This document shows, in pieces, positions 19,189 to 32,700 of a stretch of 64,000 nt of DNA (the first letter of the stretch is position 1; each line of letters opens with the position of its first letter). The notes under the pieces are model-generated. The model ran no database searches. It was given only the letters and a program-made list of their open reading frames with translations, and was not told the origin of the DNA. The stretch comes from Nitrospirota bacterium. Its GTDB lineage: Bacteria; Nitrospirota; Nitrospiria; Nitrospirales; Nitrospiraceae. Location of the stretch: the NCBI GenBank assembly GCA_963703955.1, contig CAVPGK010000011.1:224001-288000 (forward strand), written 5' to 3'. Both the position numbers and the translations under genes were made by a program.

Positions 19189-20933
19189 TCACGAATGGTA
19201 GGCTTCGCGAAAGTGTCGGCCGACCATCCGATAGGCATTGTGGAGATACTGAGTGACCATGCGATGAGAATTGAAGAACGCGCTGTTGACGGCGATTGCA
19301 TGCCGCATGATGTCGATAAAGCGGTCGCGGTTCTTGTAAAAACACGGGAGCACTGTATCACCGAGTTTCTCGTACAGCGCCTCTGCATGGCAGGCGTCCA
19401 TTCCAGATTTCGGTTCGAGACAGGCGTCGATCCGATCACCGATCGACCAGCCGGTGACGCCTTCGAGATGGCCCTCGATCCACCATCCGTCCAAGATACT
19501 GAGACTGGGCACGCCGTTGAGCGCCGCTTTCATGCCGCTGGTTCCGGAGGCCTCCATCGGCGGCAACGGGGTATTAAGCCAAACATCAACGCCTGCGCAC
19601 AGCAGCTTGGCCAGCGCCATGTCGTAATTGAGGAGATACGCGATGGCGATACGACCCCGGAGCGCATCACGCATCTCGGTGATACGACGGATAACGTTCT
19701 TGCCGTCCTGGTCCTGAGGATGCGCCTTGCCCGCAAAGACCAATTGAAACGGTCCCGACCGTTCGGCGATGGCCTTCAGTCGTTCGATATCATGAAACAG
19801 GAGGTCCCCCGCTTATAGGCCGTGGCGCGCCGAGCAAAGCCGATGGTCATGACCTTCCAGTCAAACCCGGCATTCGCCTCGTGATTCACGTAATCAATGA
19901 GGACACGTTTGGCCGCCAGATGGGCATCCCAGATTTCCGATCCGGGAATGCTGATCGCGTACCGCAGCGACAACGAGTCGCGCCGCCAATCCGGCAGGTG
20001 CCGGTCATAGAGCGTCTGGAACGATGGCGCCGTCCACGTAACTGCGTGCACGCCGTTGGTGATCGAGTGGATCGGGTAGCCGGGAAACATGCTTTGCGAC
20101 ACCTCGCCATGCCTCATGGCGACGCCATTGATGTACCGAGAAGCGCGCAGCGCCAAGTCCGTCATATTCAATACGGTATTCTGGCCACAGGCTTTGAGCA
20201 GTCGCCAGCGCTGCTCCCCCAGCACCCGCTTGACCAAATCACCCGGAAACTGGTCATGGCCGGCCGGCACCGGCGTGTGAGTCGTAAAGACGCACCGGTC
20301 CCGAATGCCCTCCATAACCTCCGGCGTGACCGCCACGTCGGGCGCACCGGTTCCCAATCGCTCTTCGAGCAGCGCGACGACGAGCAAGGCGGCATGTCCC
20401 TCGTTCATATGAAACCACGGGACGTCCTTATATCCCAGGGCACCCAGCACGCGAACGCCCCCTATGCCGAGCACGCTCTCCTGGCAGAATCGATAAGACT
20501 GGTCTCCGCCGTAGAGCGCGTCGGTGAGCGTCCGGTCCCACGGCGTGTTCTCCTGCAGGTCCGTGTCCAGAAGATACACCGGGATTTCAAATCCCGAGAC
20601 GCCGCGGATGCGATAGCACCAGGCGCGGATGTGCACCGTCCGACCGTCCAGTTCGATGGTCGCCCGGGGCTCCAGAGGTTCGAGAAAATCCTGCGGGACC
20701 CACACCACCGGCTCCTCCGACTGCCACCCGTTCGCGTCCAGTCGCTGATAAAAGTAGCCGCGACGATGCAGGAGCGTCACCGCCACCATCGGGACTTCCA
20801 GGTCGGCGGCCGAGCGGATCGTATCGCCGGCCAGCACGCCGAGCCCGCCCGCGTACGTGGGCACTGAGGGCTCAAGCCCGATCTCCATGGAGAAGTAGGC
20901 AACCAGGGGAGTCTTAATTGAGGAAGCATTCAT
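19189..20933 (-). pseudogene. glgP: Alpha-glucan (glycogen) phosphorylase split by a 1-bp deletion in a G run at ~19806 (probable sequencing error)
   Basis: YFSMEIG..YAGGLGVLAGD, HMNEGH, FTTHTPVPAGHD, FARRATAYKR, then FAGKAHP and EASGTSGMKAALNG in the next frame; adding one G restores KRGDLLFHD. Confidence 0.9.
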
Positions 20934-20948
20934 GGCGGCATGCTCCTG

Positions 20949-21425
20949 TCAACTCAACGTCACTCGAATCCAATCCCCCAGATAGTGCGTGGTAGCGACC
21001 ACGCTGGTCCCGATCAGAAGATGCTCCATGATGACTTTCCACGGTGGGATCCTCTGTGTACGCGCCAGAAAGAAGCTCAACACGGCCAGCAGACAAAGCC
21101 CCCAGACGATACTAATCACAATTGCGGTTGAAAGAGGCAGCAGCAGAACCGGTAGCACGAACGTGAGCGCAAAGCCGAATTTGCTTAAAAACGTTGCGAC
21201 GGTCGATTCCCAGACCTCACCGGTCGTGTTCCTATTTTCTGATTCTTGGGAAATGTGCATGCCCAAGGCATCCGACATGGCATCGGCAACCGCGATCGTT
21301 AAGATCCCGCCAATGACCACAGACTTTGAATGTGTGCTGGAATGCAACCCCACCATGAGGCCCAGAGTCGTGATAACGCCGGATGTCAACCCGAAGCTGA
21401 ATCCTGTCTTGAAGGACTGCTTCAT
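20949..21425 (-). CDS. VIT1/CCC1-like membrane protein
   Basis: FGLTSGVITTLGLMVG...ADAMSDALGMHISQESE. Confidence 0.8.
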   Translation of the reverse strand: MKQSFKTGFSFGLTSGVITTLGLMVGLHSSTHSKSVVIGGILTIAVADAMSDALGMHISQESENRNTTGEVWESTVATFLSKFGFALTFVLPVLLLPLSTAIVISIVWGLCLLAVLSFFLARTQRIPPWKVIMEHLLIGTSVVATTHYLGDWIRVTLS

Positions 21426-21438
21426 GGCAAATGGGCAT

Positions 21439-22611
21439 CTATTCGAACTGTCTTCGGAAGCGCCACATGCCGAAGCCGAACAACGTCCCGCCCAGCAGCG
21501 CCATGGCCAGCATCGGCCTCCAGAGCGTGTCGAGACCTGCACCTTTCAGCAAGATGCCGTGAGTAATCTCGATGAAATACCGAAGCGGAGACAACGCCAT
21601 GAGATGACGAACCCAGGCCGGCATGGCCTCCATCGGTGCCGTGAGGCCCGACAGCAATAACATCGGAGCGACCACAAGCAGCGTCATCATACCCACCTGC
21701 GCTTGATTCCTCGTCAGCGTCGCGGCAGCCAACCCCATGCCGGCGGTTGTGAAGACGAACAGGGCCGTGAGGCCGAAAAACAACACGACGCTTCCCTTGA
21801 TCGGTACCCCGAACACTGGCTGCATGACCCCGAACAGGCCGACCGCCGTGGCGCAGAGAATCACCATCGTCATCGCGAGGACCTTGGAGACCATGATCTG
21901 AAACGGCGTCAAGGGCGAGACCAATAGTTGCTCCACCGTGCCCCGTTCTTTCTCCCGAACCAGGGCTGCCGCAGGAAGCAGAATCGCAAAGATCGTAATC
22001 TGGCGGAGGAGGTGTGAGATCGACTCGAACCAGGTGTCATTCTGGTCCGGGTTGTACCAGACTCGATGGTCGCTCACGATGATCGGCAGGTTCTGTGACG
22101 ACTTCTCAGAGTTCCCGACTCGCGCGAGCGCAGTCTCCTGTCCGAACCGCTCGACGATGCGCGCGGCATAGCCCGCGGCGGAGAGGCCTTGCGGCGAGTT
22201 GGTCGTGTCCACTAGCAATTGCACCTCCGTGGGCTCGCCCGTCATGAGCTGCTCGTGAAAACGTGGCGGGATCTCCAAGACTGCCATCGCCTTGCCCCGG
22301 TCCAGCCAGCGAAGACCTTCTTGAGGATCGGCGATCTCCCCTTCCAGGCGAAAGAAAGGAGCACGGAACTTGTGAATAAGTTCACGCGATGAGAAGCTGT
22401 GGTCGGCATCATAGACCAGGAGACTGGCATTATGCAGTTGCGATTGGATACCGTTCCCTGTGATATACACCGCCAGCGTGAAGGCGTAGACGAGGAACAG
22501 CACGATCGGGACGTCCCGGAACAACTGAAGCATCTCCTTTCGGGTCATGACCACCAAACGACGCCACCAGACGACGGCGCGTTGTGAACCGGGTCGCAGC
22601 ACAGGCTTCAT
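21439..22611 (-). CDS. ABC-2 transporter permease (YbhR/YhhJ-like)
   Basis: KEMLQLFRD, VREKERGTVEQLLVSP, SPLRYF. Confidence 0.9.
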   Translation of the reverse strand: MKPVLRPGSQRAVVWWRRLVVMTRKEMLQLFRDVPIVLFLVYAFTLAVYITGNGIQSQLHNASLLVYDADHSFSSRELIHKFRAPFFRLEGEIADPQEGLRWLDRGKAMAVLEIPPRFHEQLMTGEPTEVQLLVDTTNSPQGLSAAGYAARIVERFGQETALARVGNSEKSSQNLPIIVSDHRVWYNPDQNDTWFESISHLLRQITIFAILLPAAALVREKERGTVEQLLVSPLTPFQIMVSKVLAMTMVILCATAVGLFGVMQPVFGVPIKGSVVLFFGLTALFVFTTAGMGLAAATLTRNQAQVGMMTLLVVAPMLLLSGLTAPMEAMPAWVRHLMALSPLRYFIEITHGILLKGAGLDTLWRPMLAMALLGGTLFGFGMWRFRRQFE

Positions 22612-23762
22612 GATCGTGGCCTTTTCGTAAAGAGCCGATATCCGACGATTTGCAAGACGGCGGCGTACAGGGCCAGGGCTAGCACATCCACCCATAACAC
22701 CTCAGGCCCTACACCTTTCAAAAAGGTTCCGCGGACGATGTTGGTGTAGTACATGCCCGGGAACAGGTGGGCCTGGATCTGCGAGCTGGGGCTCAGGGAG
22801 GAGACGGGAACGATCAGGCCGGAGTACAGGATTGTCGGGACCATGCTGACGACGATTGTGATGATCAGGGCGGCTATCTGAGTGCGAACCAGCAGCGACA
22901 CGAGCAGGCCGATGCCGGTGCTGCTCAGCACGAACACCAACGATGCCAGCAAGAAGAACGGCGGATTTCCCTTGAAGGGCACGCCGAACCACAGGGTGGC
23001 CATGATCCACAGGACCACGGCGTTCACCCAGGAAATCAGCACATAGGGGAGCAGCTTGCCGGCGAGAAATTCGATCCGGGTCACCGTTGAGCTGTAAATG
23101 TTGTAGATGGAGCCGGTCTCCTTCTCTCGGACGATCCCCAGTGCGGTCAGCAAGGGAGACGAGAGCATCAAAGCAAACATCACGAGCGCCGGCACCATGG
23201 ACCAAGTGCTTCGAACCTCTTCGTTGTAGAGATATCGCACCTCGACCCTTATCGGTTGGGCCAACGTCTGAGCCCATTCTCTGGGAATCCCGCGGGTCCT
23301 TGCCATATAGCCCTCGAGCAAGACTCCGCTCAGCGCGCTGTTGATGGCGATCACATAACCCTTGGTGATGTCCGTCCGGAGCGGAAACGTTCCATCAATC
23401 AGGGTCTGGATGCTGACCGGCTGCCCGGCCAGCAGGCGTTCCTCGAATTTCTCGGGAACAATGATGGCGGCCCTGATCTTGCCGCTCTGGAGCATGGCAT
23501 CGGCCTCATTCTCACTTGGCAGATAGCCCTGAAAACTGAAATAGCGCGACTCGAAAAAGCGATATAGATAATCACGGCTCAGGGCACTGCGATCCCGATC
23601 CACCACAGCGAACGGGATGTTCTCCACATCCAGCACAAGCCCGTAGCCGAAGACCACCATCCATAGGATCGGCAGGAGGAAGGCGAGAAGAAAAAACATC
23701 CGGTCCCGAGTAGTCTCTCTCCATTCCTTGGAGGCCACGGCGGCCATCCTTTGGAGATTCAT
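22608..23762 (-). CDS. ABC-2 transporter permease (YbhS-like)
   Basis: KEWRETTRD, IVREKETGSI, GKLLPY. Confidence 0.9.
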   Translation of the reverse strand: MNLQRMAAVASKEWRETTRDRMFFLLAFLLPILWMVVFGYGLVLDVENIPFAVVDRDRSALSRDYLYRFFESRYFSFQGYLPSENEADAMLQSGKIRAAIIVPEKFEERLLAGQPVSIQTLIDGTFPLRTDITKGYVIAINSALSGVLLEGYMARTRGIPREWAQTLAQPIRVEVRYLYNEEVRSTWSMVPALVMFALMLSSPLLTALGIVREKETGSIYNIYSSTVTRIEFLAGKLLPYVLISWVNAVVLWIMATLWFGVPFKGNPPFFLLASLVFVLSSTGIGLLVSLLVRTQIAALIITIVVSMVPTILYSGLIVPVSSLSPSSQIQAHLFPGMYYTNIVRGTFLKGVGPEVLWVDVLALALYAAVLQIVGYRLFTKRPRS

Positions 23763-25756
23763 ACCGCTGCTCCCTTTGCGGCTTCGCGCTCCTCTTGCTC
23801 CAGTGACATAACCCGATATACGAACACGTCCTCAAGGCTGAGAGACCGGGTTCCCACGCAGTCAACAGTGATCCCGACCGACGCGAGCGCGTCCTGAAGT
23901 CTCGCCTCATCACGGGAAGGATCGCGCGAGAGCAGATGGATCTTCGTGCCGAAGAGTGCTGCGCCATCAAAACCGGCTCGAGCCAATTGTCTGAGCGCCT
24001 GTCCCGGTTGATCGGTCACCACCTCCAGCAGATGACCGGCCTGCTGTTCCACCTGTTGCTTCATGTCAGTCGGCGAACCCTCAGCCACAACCCGGCCGGC
24101 ATACATCAGTGCGAGCTGATCGCAGTGTTCGGCTTCACTCATGTAATGCGTCGTGACCAGAATCGCCACCCCCTCCTCCCGCGAGAGTCGAGACAAAATA
24201 TCCCAGAAGTGCCGACGGCCGATCGGATCCACGCCGGAAGTCGGCTCGTCCAGGAACAGCACGCGCGGACGGTGGACCAGGGCGCAGCCCAGCGCCAGGC
24301 GCTGGCGCACGCCCATCGGCAGCCGGCCGGTGAGGTGAGACTCATACCCGCCAAGCCCGGCCATTGCGACGATCCACTTCAGCCGCGCATCGGCCTCCCG
24401 CCTTCCGAGGCCGTAGATGCCGGCGAAGAGCCGAATGTTCTCAACAACCGTGAGGTCGAGGTAAAGCGAGAAGGCTTGGGACATGTATCCGATCCGTTCC
24501 TTGATGACACCTCCGGGTTTGCGCATATCCGCGCCCGCGACCCAGCCTTCACCCACCGTCGGCGGTAGGATGCCGGTGAGCATTTTGATCACCGTCGTTT
24601 TCCCTGCACCGTTGGATCCCAACAGGCCGAAGATCTCTCCTTGTTTGACCTGGAAGCTGACTCGGTCGACCGCCCGAAACGAACCGAAATCACGGACGAG
24701 CCCTCTCGCTTCGATCGCCAACCCATCACGATTCAACCTTGCCGACGAGGCAGGAAACACGTCGCCAGCCTCCTTGGGGCGGCCCTGACGAAGCAAGAGC
24801 GCCACGAACACATCTTCGAGTTCCGGGTCATCCACGCGGGCATCGCCCACCGTGATGTCGCCGAGACCGGCCGCAACGCGTTGCTTCGCCGTGGTATGCT
24901 CTATTTCTTCCGTGAAGACATGGATGAGCGGCCCCATCGCCTCGACCTGGGTAAACACTTTCTTTAATCTGGTGAGCGCTTCGAGCTGCGGGGATGCGTG
25001 GAAGGTCACCACGCTGCCCGGGACCAGTGTCTGCACTTCCGACGGCGTGCCGGAGACGAGAACACGTCCGTTCGACAAGAACGAAAGCCGATGGAAACGC
25101 GACGCTTCGTCCATGTAGGCGGTGGACACTAATGCCGTCATCCCGCGTTCCTGCACAAGCTCAGTCAGAATGGCCCAGAAGTCTCGACGAGACACCGGAT
25201 CGACCCCCGTGGTGGGTTCGTCCAGAATCGCCAGTTCCGGTTCGTGAATCAGCGTGCAGATCAGTCCGAGCTTCTGCTTCATGCCGCCGGAGAGGTGTTT
25301 CATGGGACGATCCCGAAACCGATCGAGGCGGGTCATAGCCAAGAGGCGGGCTTTGCGGTCAGCCAGGTCTCGTTCGGGCACGAGCCGCAGCTGGGCGAAG
25401 AAGTCGACGTTTTCCTCAACCGAGAGCTCGGGATACAGATTGAGGCCGAGCCCTTGCGGCAGAAATCCAATACGGTGCTTGATCCGCTCGGCAGCCGGCT
25501 CCGAGTCGACCTTGACCCCGAAGACCTCGACCGCTCCAGCCTCATAGGACAGTACACCGGCGATCGCCTTCATCATGCTGCTCTTGCCGGCCCCGTCCGG
25601 GCCGATCAGCCCGTAAACCTCACCGCGACGGATTTCCAGAGCGACGCCCGCTAGTGCGACTTGCTTGCGATACCGTTTCTCGAACCCTATGACCCGAATG
25701 AGCGGCTCGCCATGTGTCGGCACAACCTTGTTTCTCAGCGCCGCGGTCGTGTCCAT
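23759..25756 (-). CDS. Dual-domain ABC ATP-binding protein (YbhF/RbbA-like)
   Basis: GPDGAGKS, LSGGMKQKL, LDEPTTGVDP; second NBD GSNGAGKT, LDEPTSGVDP. Confidence 0.92.
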   Translation of the reverse strand: MDTTAALRNKVVPTHGEPLIRVIGFEKRYRKQVALAGVALEIRRGEVYGLIGPDGAGKSSMMKAIAGVLSYEAGAVEVFGVKVDSEPAAERIKHRIGFLPQGLGLNLYPELSVEENVDFFAQLRLVPERDLADRKARLLAMTRLDRFRDRPMKHLSGGMKQKLGLICTLIHEPELAILDEPTTGVDPVSRRDFWAILTELVQERGMTALVSTAYMDEASRFHRLSFLSNGRVLVSGTPSEVQTLVPGSVVTFHASPQLEALTRLKKVFTQVEAMGPLIHVFTEEIEHTTAKQRVAAGLGDITVGDARVDDPELEDVFVALLLRQGRPKEAGDVFPASSARLNRDGLAIEARGLVRDFGSFRAVDRVSFQVKQGEIFGLLGSNGAGKTTVIKMLTGILPPTVGEGWVAGADMRKPGGVIKERIGYMSQAFSLYLDLTVVENIRLFAGIYGLGRREADARLKWIVAMAGLGGYESHLTGRLPMGVRQRLALGCALVHRPRVLFLDEPTSGVDPIGRRHFWDILSRLSREEGVAILVTTHYMSEAEHCDQLALMYAGRVVAEGSPTDMKQQVEQQAGHLLEVVTDQPGQALRQLARAGFDGAALFGTKIHLLSRDPSRDEARLQDALASVGITVDCVGTRSLSLEDVFVYRVMSLEQEEREAAKGAAV

Positions 25757-26844
25757 GCAACATCCTCTCGCCATCGAATCACGGCATCGGCTGGCAATCC
25801 CGGGGTCAGTCGATGGTCTGGGTTGGCACTCAGGTATAACTTCGTCGCATAGATCAGTTTCACCCGCTCGTCGGGCGTCTGGACTTCTTTGGGGGTGAAT
25901 TCCGCCTTCGACGCGATGTAGCGAACCGTCGCCTCAAACGGCTGATCGGGAAAGGCGTCGGTGTGGATGCGGGCCGGTAGGTTCAATCGGATTTTTCCGA
26001 TTTGGATCTCCGGAACATAGACTTTGAGATACAGACGATCCAGATCCACGATCTCAAAAAGTGGCGCACCGGCGGTCACGACTTCACCGACATCCACCAT
26101 TCGCGTCGTAATGGTCCCGTTCGTCGGAGCAAGGATGGTCAGATCAGCCAAAATGCTCTCGGTTTCATTCAAGGCCGCTTCGGCCTGGTCCCGCTGGCGT
26201 TCCAGCGCGACGACCTCATCTTCCTTGGCGCGAATCCGTTTCCACCCCAATTCCGCTTGCGCTAGCTCCTTCGTCGTTTTCGCGAGCGCTGACCCTGTGG
26301 CCGCCACGTCGTTCTTGGCCACCCTCCACCTCGAACGCGCCTGGTCATACTGTTGCCGCGCCACCGCCTGGTCGGGGAGCAGGCGGCGGAATCGCTGCTC
26401 ATCGAGCCGGGCTTCTCGCTCAACCGTCTTCGCCTTCTCCAGCTCCGCCTGCGCCTGATCGACGTGGGACTGAGCCGACTCGATAGCCAGCGGCACCTCG
26501 AGGTTCAACACCGCCAATGCCGTGTGGTCGGCCTGAACTTGTGCCTCAATCGCCTCCCACCCATGCCGCGCCTGATCAACCCTGGCGCGGGCTTGCGTGT
26601 CATCGATCCGTACCATCACCTGGCCTGCGGTAACCGTCGCCCCCTCCCGGACCAAGAGTTCCTGAATCCGTCCAGGGAATTTACTCGCAACGGTGACATG
26701 ATCACCTTCTATACGACCGTTTGCTTGAATCAGTCCTTCTGGCAAACCCCGGTTCCAGACCCAGTGGTCGAGCGCAAAATAGACTCCGGCCACCACAGGC
26801 ACCCCCACCATGGCCAGGAGGACCTGCTTCCTCGGCAACTTCAT
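25735..26844 (-). CDS. HlyD family membrane fusion protein (YbhG-like)
   Basis: NGRIEG..VASK.PGRI, coiled coil, AEFTPKEVQTPDERVKL. Confidence 0.92.
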   Translation of the reverse strand: MKLPRKQVLLAMVGVPVVAGVYFALDHWVWNRGLPEGLIQANGRIEGDHVTVASKFPGRIQELLVREGATVTAGQVMVRIDDTQARARVDQARHGWEAIEAQVQADHTALAVLNLEVPLAIESAQSHVDQAQAELEKAKTVEREARLDEQRFRRLLPDQAVARQQYDQARSRWRVAKNDVAATGSALAKTTKELAQAELGWKRIRAKEDEVVALERQRDQAEAALNETESILADLTILAPTNGTITTRMVDVGEVVTAGAPLFEIVDLDRLYLKVYVPEIQIGKIRLNLPARIHTDAFPDQPFEATVRYIASKAEFTPKEVQTPDERVKLIYATKLYLSANPDHRLTPGLPADAVIRWREDVAWTRPRR

Positions 26845-26988
26845 CAGCTACCTTTTCCAATCTGAAGCACGACACGCCCCTGGACCTCACCTTGACGCAG
26901 CCGCGCATGACACCTTTTCTTCCAACCCTGCACAGATGTTCTGCTCACGACCGACGAACTCCCTGATTGCAAGACAGAGCCCACCACT

Positions 26989-30374
<3,386 letters not shown>

Positions 30375-30378
<4 letters not shown>

Positions 30379-31457
30379 GGGATTGGCGGCGTCGCCACCG
30401 CGTCAAGAATTTGAATGGAGGTCCCGTCCTGGCCTTTGCTCGAATCCGTCAACACGCGTTCGCCGACGTTGAGGCCCGAGAGAATCTCCGCGCTGTTGCC
30501 CACGGTCCGGCCAACCCTGACCAGTCGCAGGCGGGCAACGCGGTCTTCTCCGACCACGAAGACGCCGGTCAACTCCCCCCGTTCGATCATAGCCGACCGC
30601 GGCAGGACGATGGTTTGACTGACGCCCTTGTCCAGCTGAAGCCGACCGAACATCCCACTCTTCAATCCTGCTGTTTGCGGGAGATCGACCTTGACCAGAA
30701 ACGTGTGCGTCTGTGGATCGCCCGCAGGAAGGATTTGGGACACAGTGCCCGGGAGAGACGTTTGACCCAGCGCGTCGATGAGGATCGGAATCTTGTCGCC
30801 GCGCGAAATCAACTTCAAATCACCCTCCGCAACAGTCGCCTCAAGCCTGAGGTGGTGGGGATCTTCAAGCTTCAAGAGCGGCCTCCCCGGAGACGCCAAT
30901 TCACCGATTTCAACCTTTTTCTCTGTGATCACACCCGCGAAAGGCGCCGTGATCACGGTGTAACTCAACTGCGCCGCGGCCGCCTGTTTCTCGGCCTGCG
31001 CCACCCTGAAAGACCTGGTGGCGTCGTCCAATTCCTGTTCGGCAACCGATCCCCGCTCGAGCTTGAATAACTGTTGCATACGGTCCAGGTGCACACGCCT
31101 GTTTTCCACCTCAGCCTCCGCGCGGGCCAGATTCGCACGAAGGTCACGGCTATCGAGAACGATTAGCGTCTGCCCTTTTGAAACGATCGATCCTTCCCGA
31201 ACACGGACCTCCTGGATGGTGCCATGAATCTTGCTGGAGAGCGTGGCCTGCGAGACTGCCGCCACCTGCCCCGTCACTTCCACCCGTACCGGCATCGGAG
31301 TGATCAGGACCTCGACCACCGCGGCTTGCACCACGGGTGGCGTAGGGCCGGAGATCGCGCGGGAGGGCGCCTCTTCCCCAGGCCCGCATCCGGTAACCGA
31401 CAAGAAGGCGATGAGGCCACTCGGAAGAACCTTTCTCCACAATCGTGTCACACTCAT
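30375..31457 (-). CDS. RND periplasmic adaptor (membrane fusion) lipoprotein
   Basis: Lipobox VTGC, lipoyl half-motifs, APFAGVIT, GLKSGMFGR. Confidence 0.92.
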
Positions 31458-31610
31458 AATGCTCTTCGCTTCGTCATGCCAACTCTACCCTCTCCCAGTT
31501 GGGCTAGATGGGGCCGGTCTCTATTGCGCGCATATTTTCACCCCCCGCTCCAGGCGCGGCAAGACGCTTTCTCTCCAGAAGTGGGCACATTCTTATCGTG
31601 TGCGCTGCGC

Positions 31611-31688
31611 GAGGTGCGCGACGCGACGAATGAATAGGGAGCCTCACGTTTGCGTACGCCGGCGAGTCGGCAGTGTCATCGCTGAGGC
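31611..31688. repeat. Interspersed repeat, copy 1
   Basis: gaggtgcgcgacgcgacgaat..aggagcctcacgtttgcgtacgccggcgagtcgg..gcagtgtc aligns with 53289-53368. Confidence 0.8.
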
Positions 31689-31711
31689 TAGCCCCATTCA
31701 GCCCAACTTTC

Positions 31712-31900
31712 TTACTCCTGAACCCCCAGCTTTCTCAACAAGGCCATCATTGGGCACCACCTGGTGAACGCAGATTGGATCAAATTAGCCGCCACAAATG
31801 CCGCCAGGTAGTACCAGTATGGATGGAGGGTCGTGCCAAGAACGAGAGCCAACAGAACGAACCCCCCGGCGATCAGTCGTAACCATTCATGGAGTTTCAT
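31712..31900 (-). CDS. DUF2892 (YgaP-like) membrane protein
   Basis: LRLIAGGFVL...ANLIQSAFTRWCPMMALLRKLG; RBS aaggagg. Confidence 0.9.
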   Translation of the reverse strand: MKLHEWLRLIAGGFVLLALVLGTTLHPYWYYLAAFVAANLIQSAFTRWCPMMALLRKLGVQE

Positions 31901-32159
31901 TCGTACCTCCTTGCGAAAGAATCCGCTTGTATAGAGGCAGGTAAACAGTAAAAGATTCTCTTCCCCTCACTATCTGTGCGATCGGCATACCAGACGGAAA
32001 GAATGCGCCGGGAGAGTGGCAAAATGCGGCAATAACGGAAAGGCTTCTGGGGCACGATGCGTCAGTGTCCTTTAAAAGGATTGGTGGGTTGGATCACCAC
32101 AGCTCGACGATGGATGAAAACGATCATTCGCGGGGTAGAAGAGATCGTGGCCGGTCCTT

Positions 32160-32633
32160 TCATTCCGCCAAGTAGGGTTTCAGCTCCAGGGAGAAGTCCC
32201 GCAAGGCCTGCCCGTCTTGCTCCCATGCCTCCATGAAGGCCGCGAACCTGGCCTTCTCATAGGTTCCGGGCATCCAGGCGCTCACGAACAGATTCCCATC
32301 CGGTGTCCAAAACACCCGTGCGACTCGGGCTCGAGTATTGACAGTATTGAGGACTGCATAGCGAGCTCCTTCCTCGCCGGAACTCCGCTTACCCGGAAAT
32401 CCGGTCTGAAGCAAAATTCCACCCTGCGCCTGGCTCAGAAGGAGATGAATTTTCGAACCATGCCGCGCTCGAATCCCCTGTTCGACCACGTCGCACGTGT
32501 AACCGAGAAATTCGAGGTGGGCGATGATGAGGTCGTTGTTCGTCTCGGCGCGAGCAGCGTCTAATAGGACAACCGTGAAGGTCAGAATAAGGATAACCGC
32601 GCACGCACCTAACGACTTATGCCGGTGGGCCAT
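32160..32633 (-). CDS. Secreted hypothetical protein, YbjN-like fold possible
   Basis: Signal peptide (ARA/ET), LNTVN..ARVARVF..DGNL. Confidence 0.6.
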   Translation of the reverse strand: MAHRHKSLGACAVILILTFTVVLLDAARAETNNDLIIAHLEFLGYTCDVVEQGIRARHGSKIHLLLSQAQGGILLQTGFPGKRSSGEEGARYAVLNTVNTRARVARVFWTPDGNLFVSAWMPGTYEKARFAAFMEAWEQDGQALRDFSLELKPYLAE

Positions 32634-32700
32634 GTCAGCTTTCGTTGACTCAGTCTTGGCTTACTCTCGGACCCACGAGAGCCTCAACCGTTCACCGGAC

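Noticed and set aside
19776..19815. Programmed ribosomal frameshift in glgP
   Set aside because: No slippery heptamer or stimulatory structure evident; a homopolymer deletion is the simpler explanation
31977..31992. Sigma54 promoter for the DUF2892-RND operon (TGGTATGCCGATCGCA, minus strand)
   Set aside because: GG-N10-GC spacing fits but the -12 box deviates from TTGC; too weak to list
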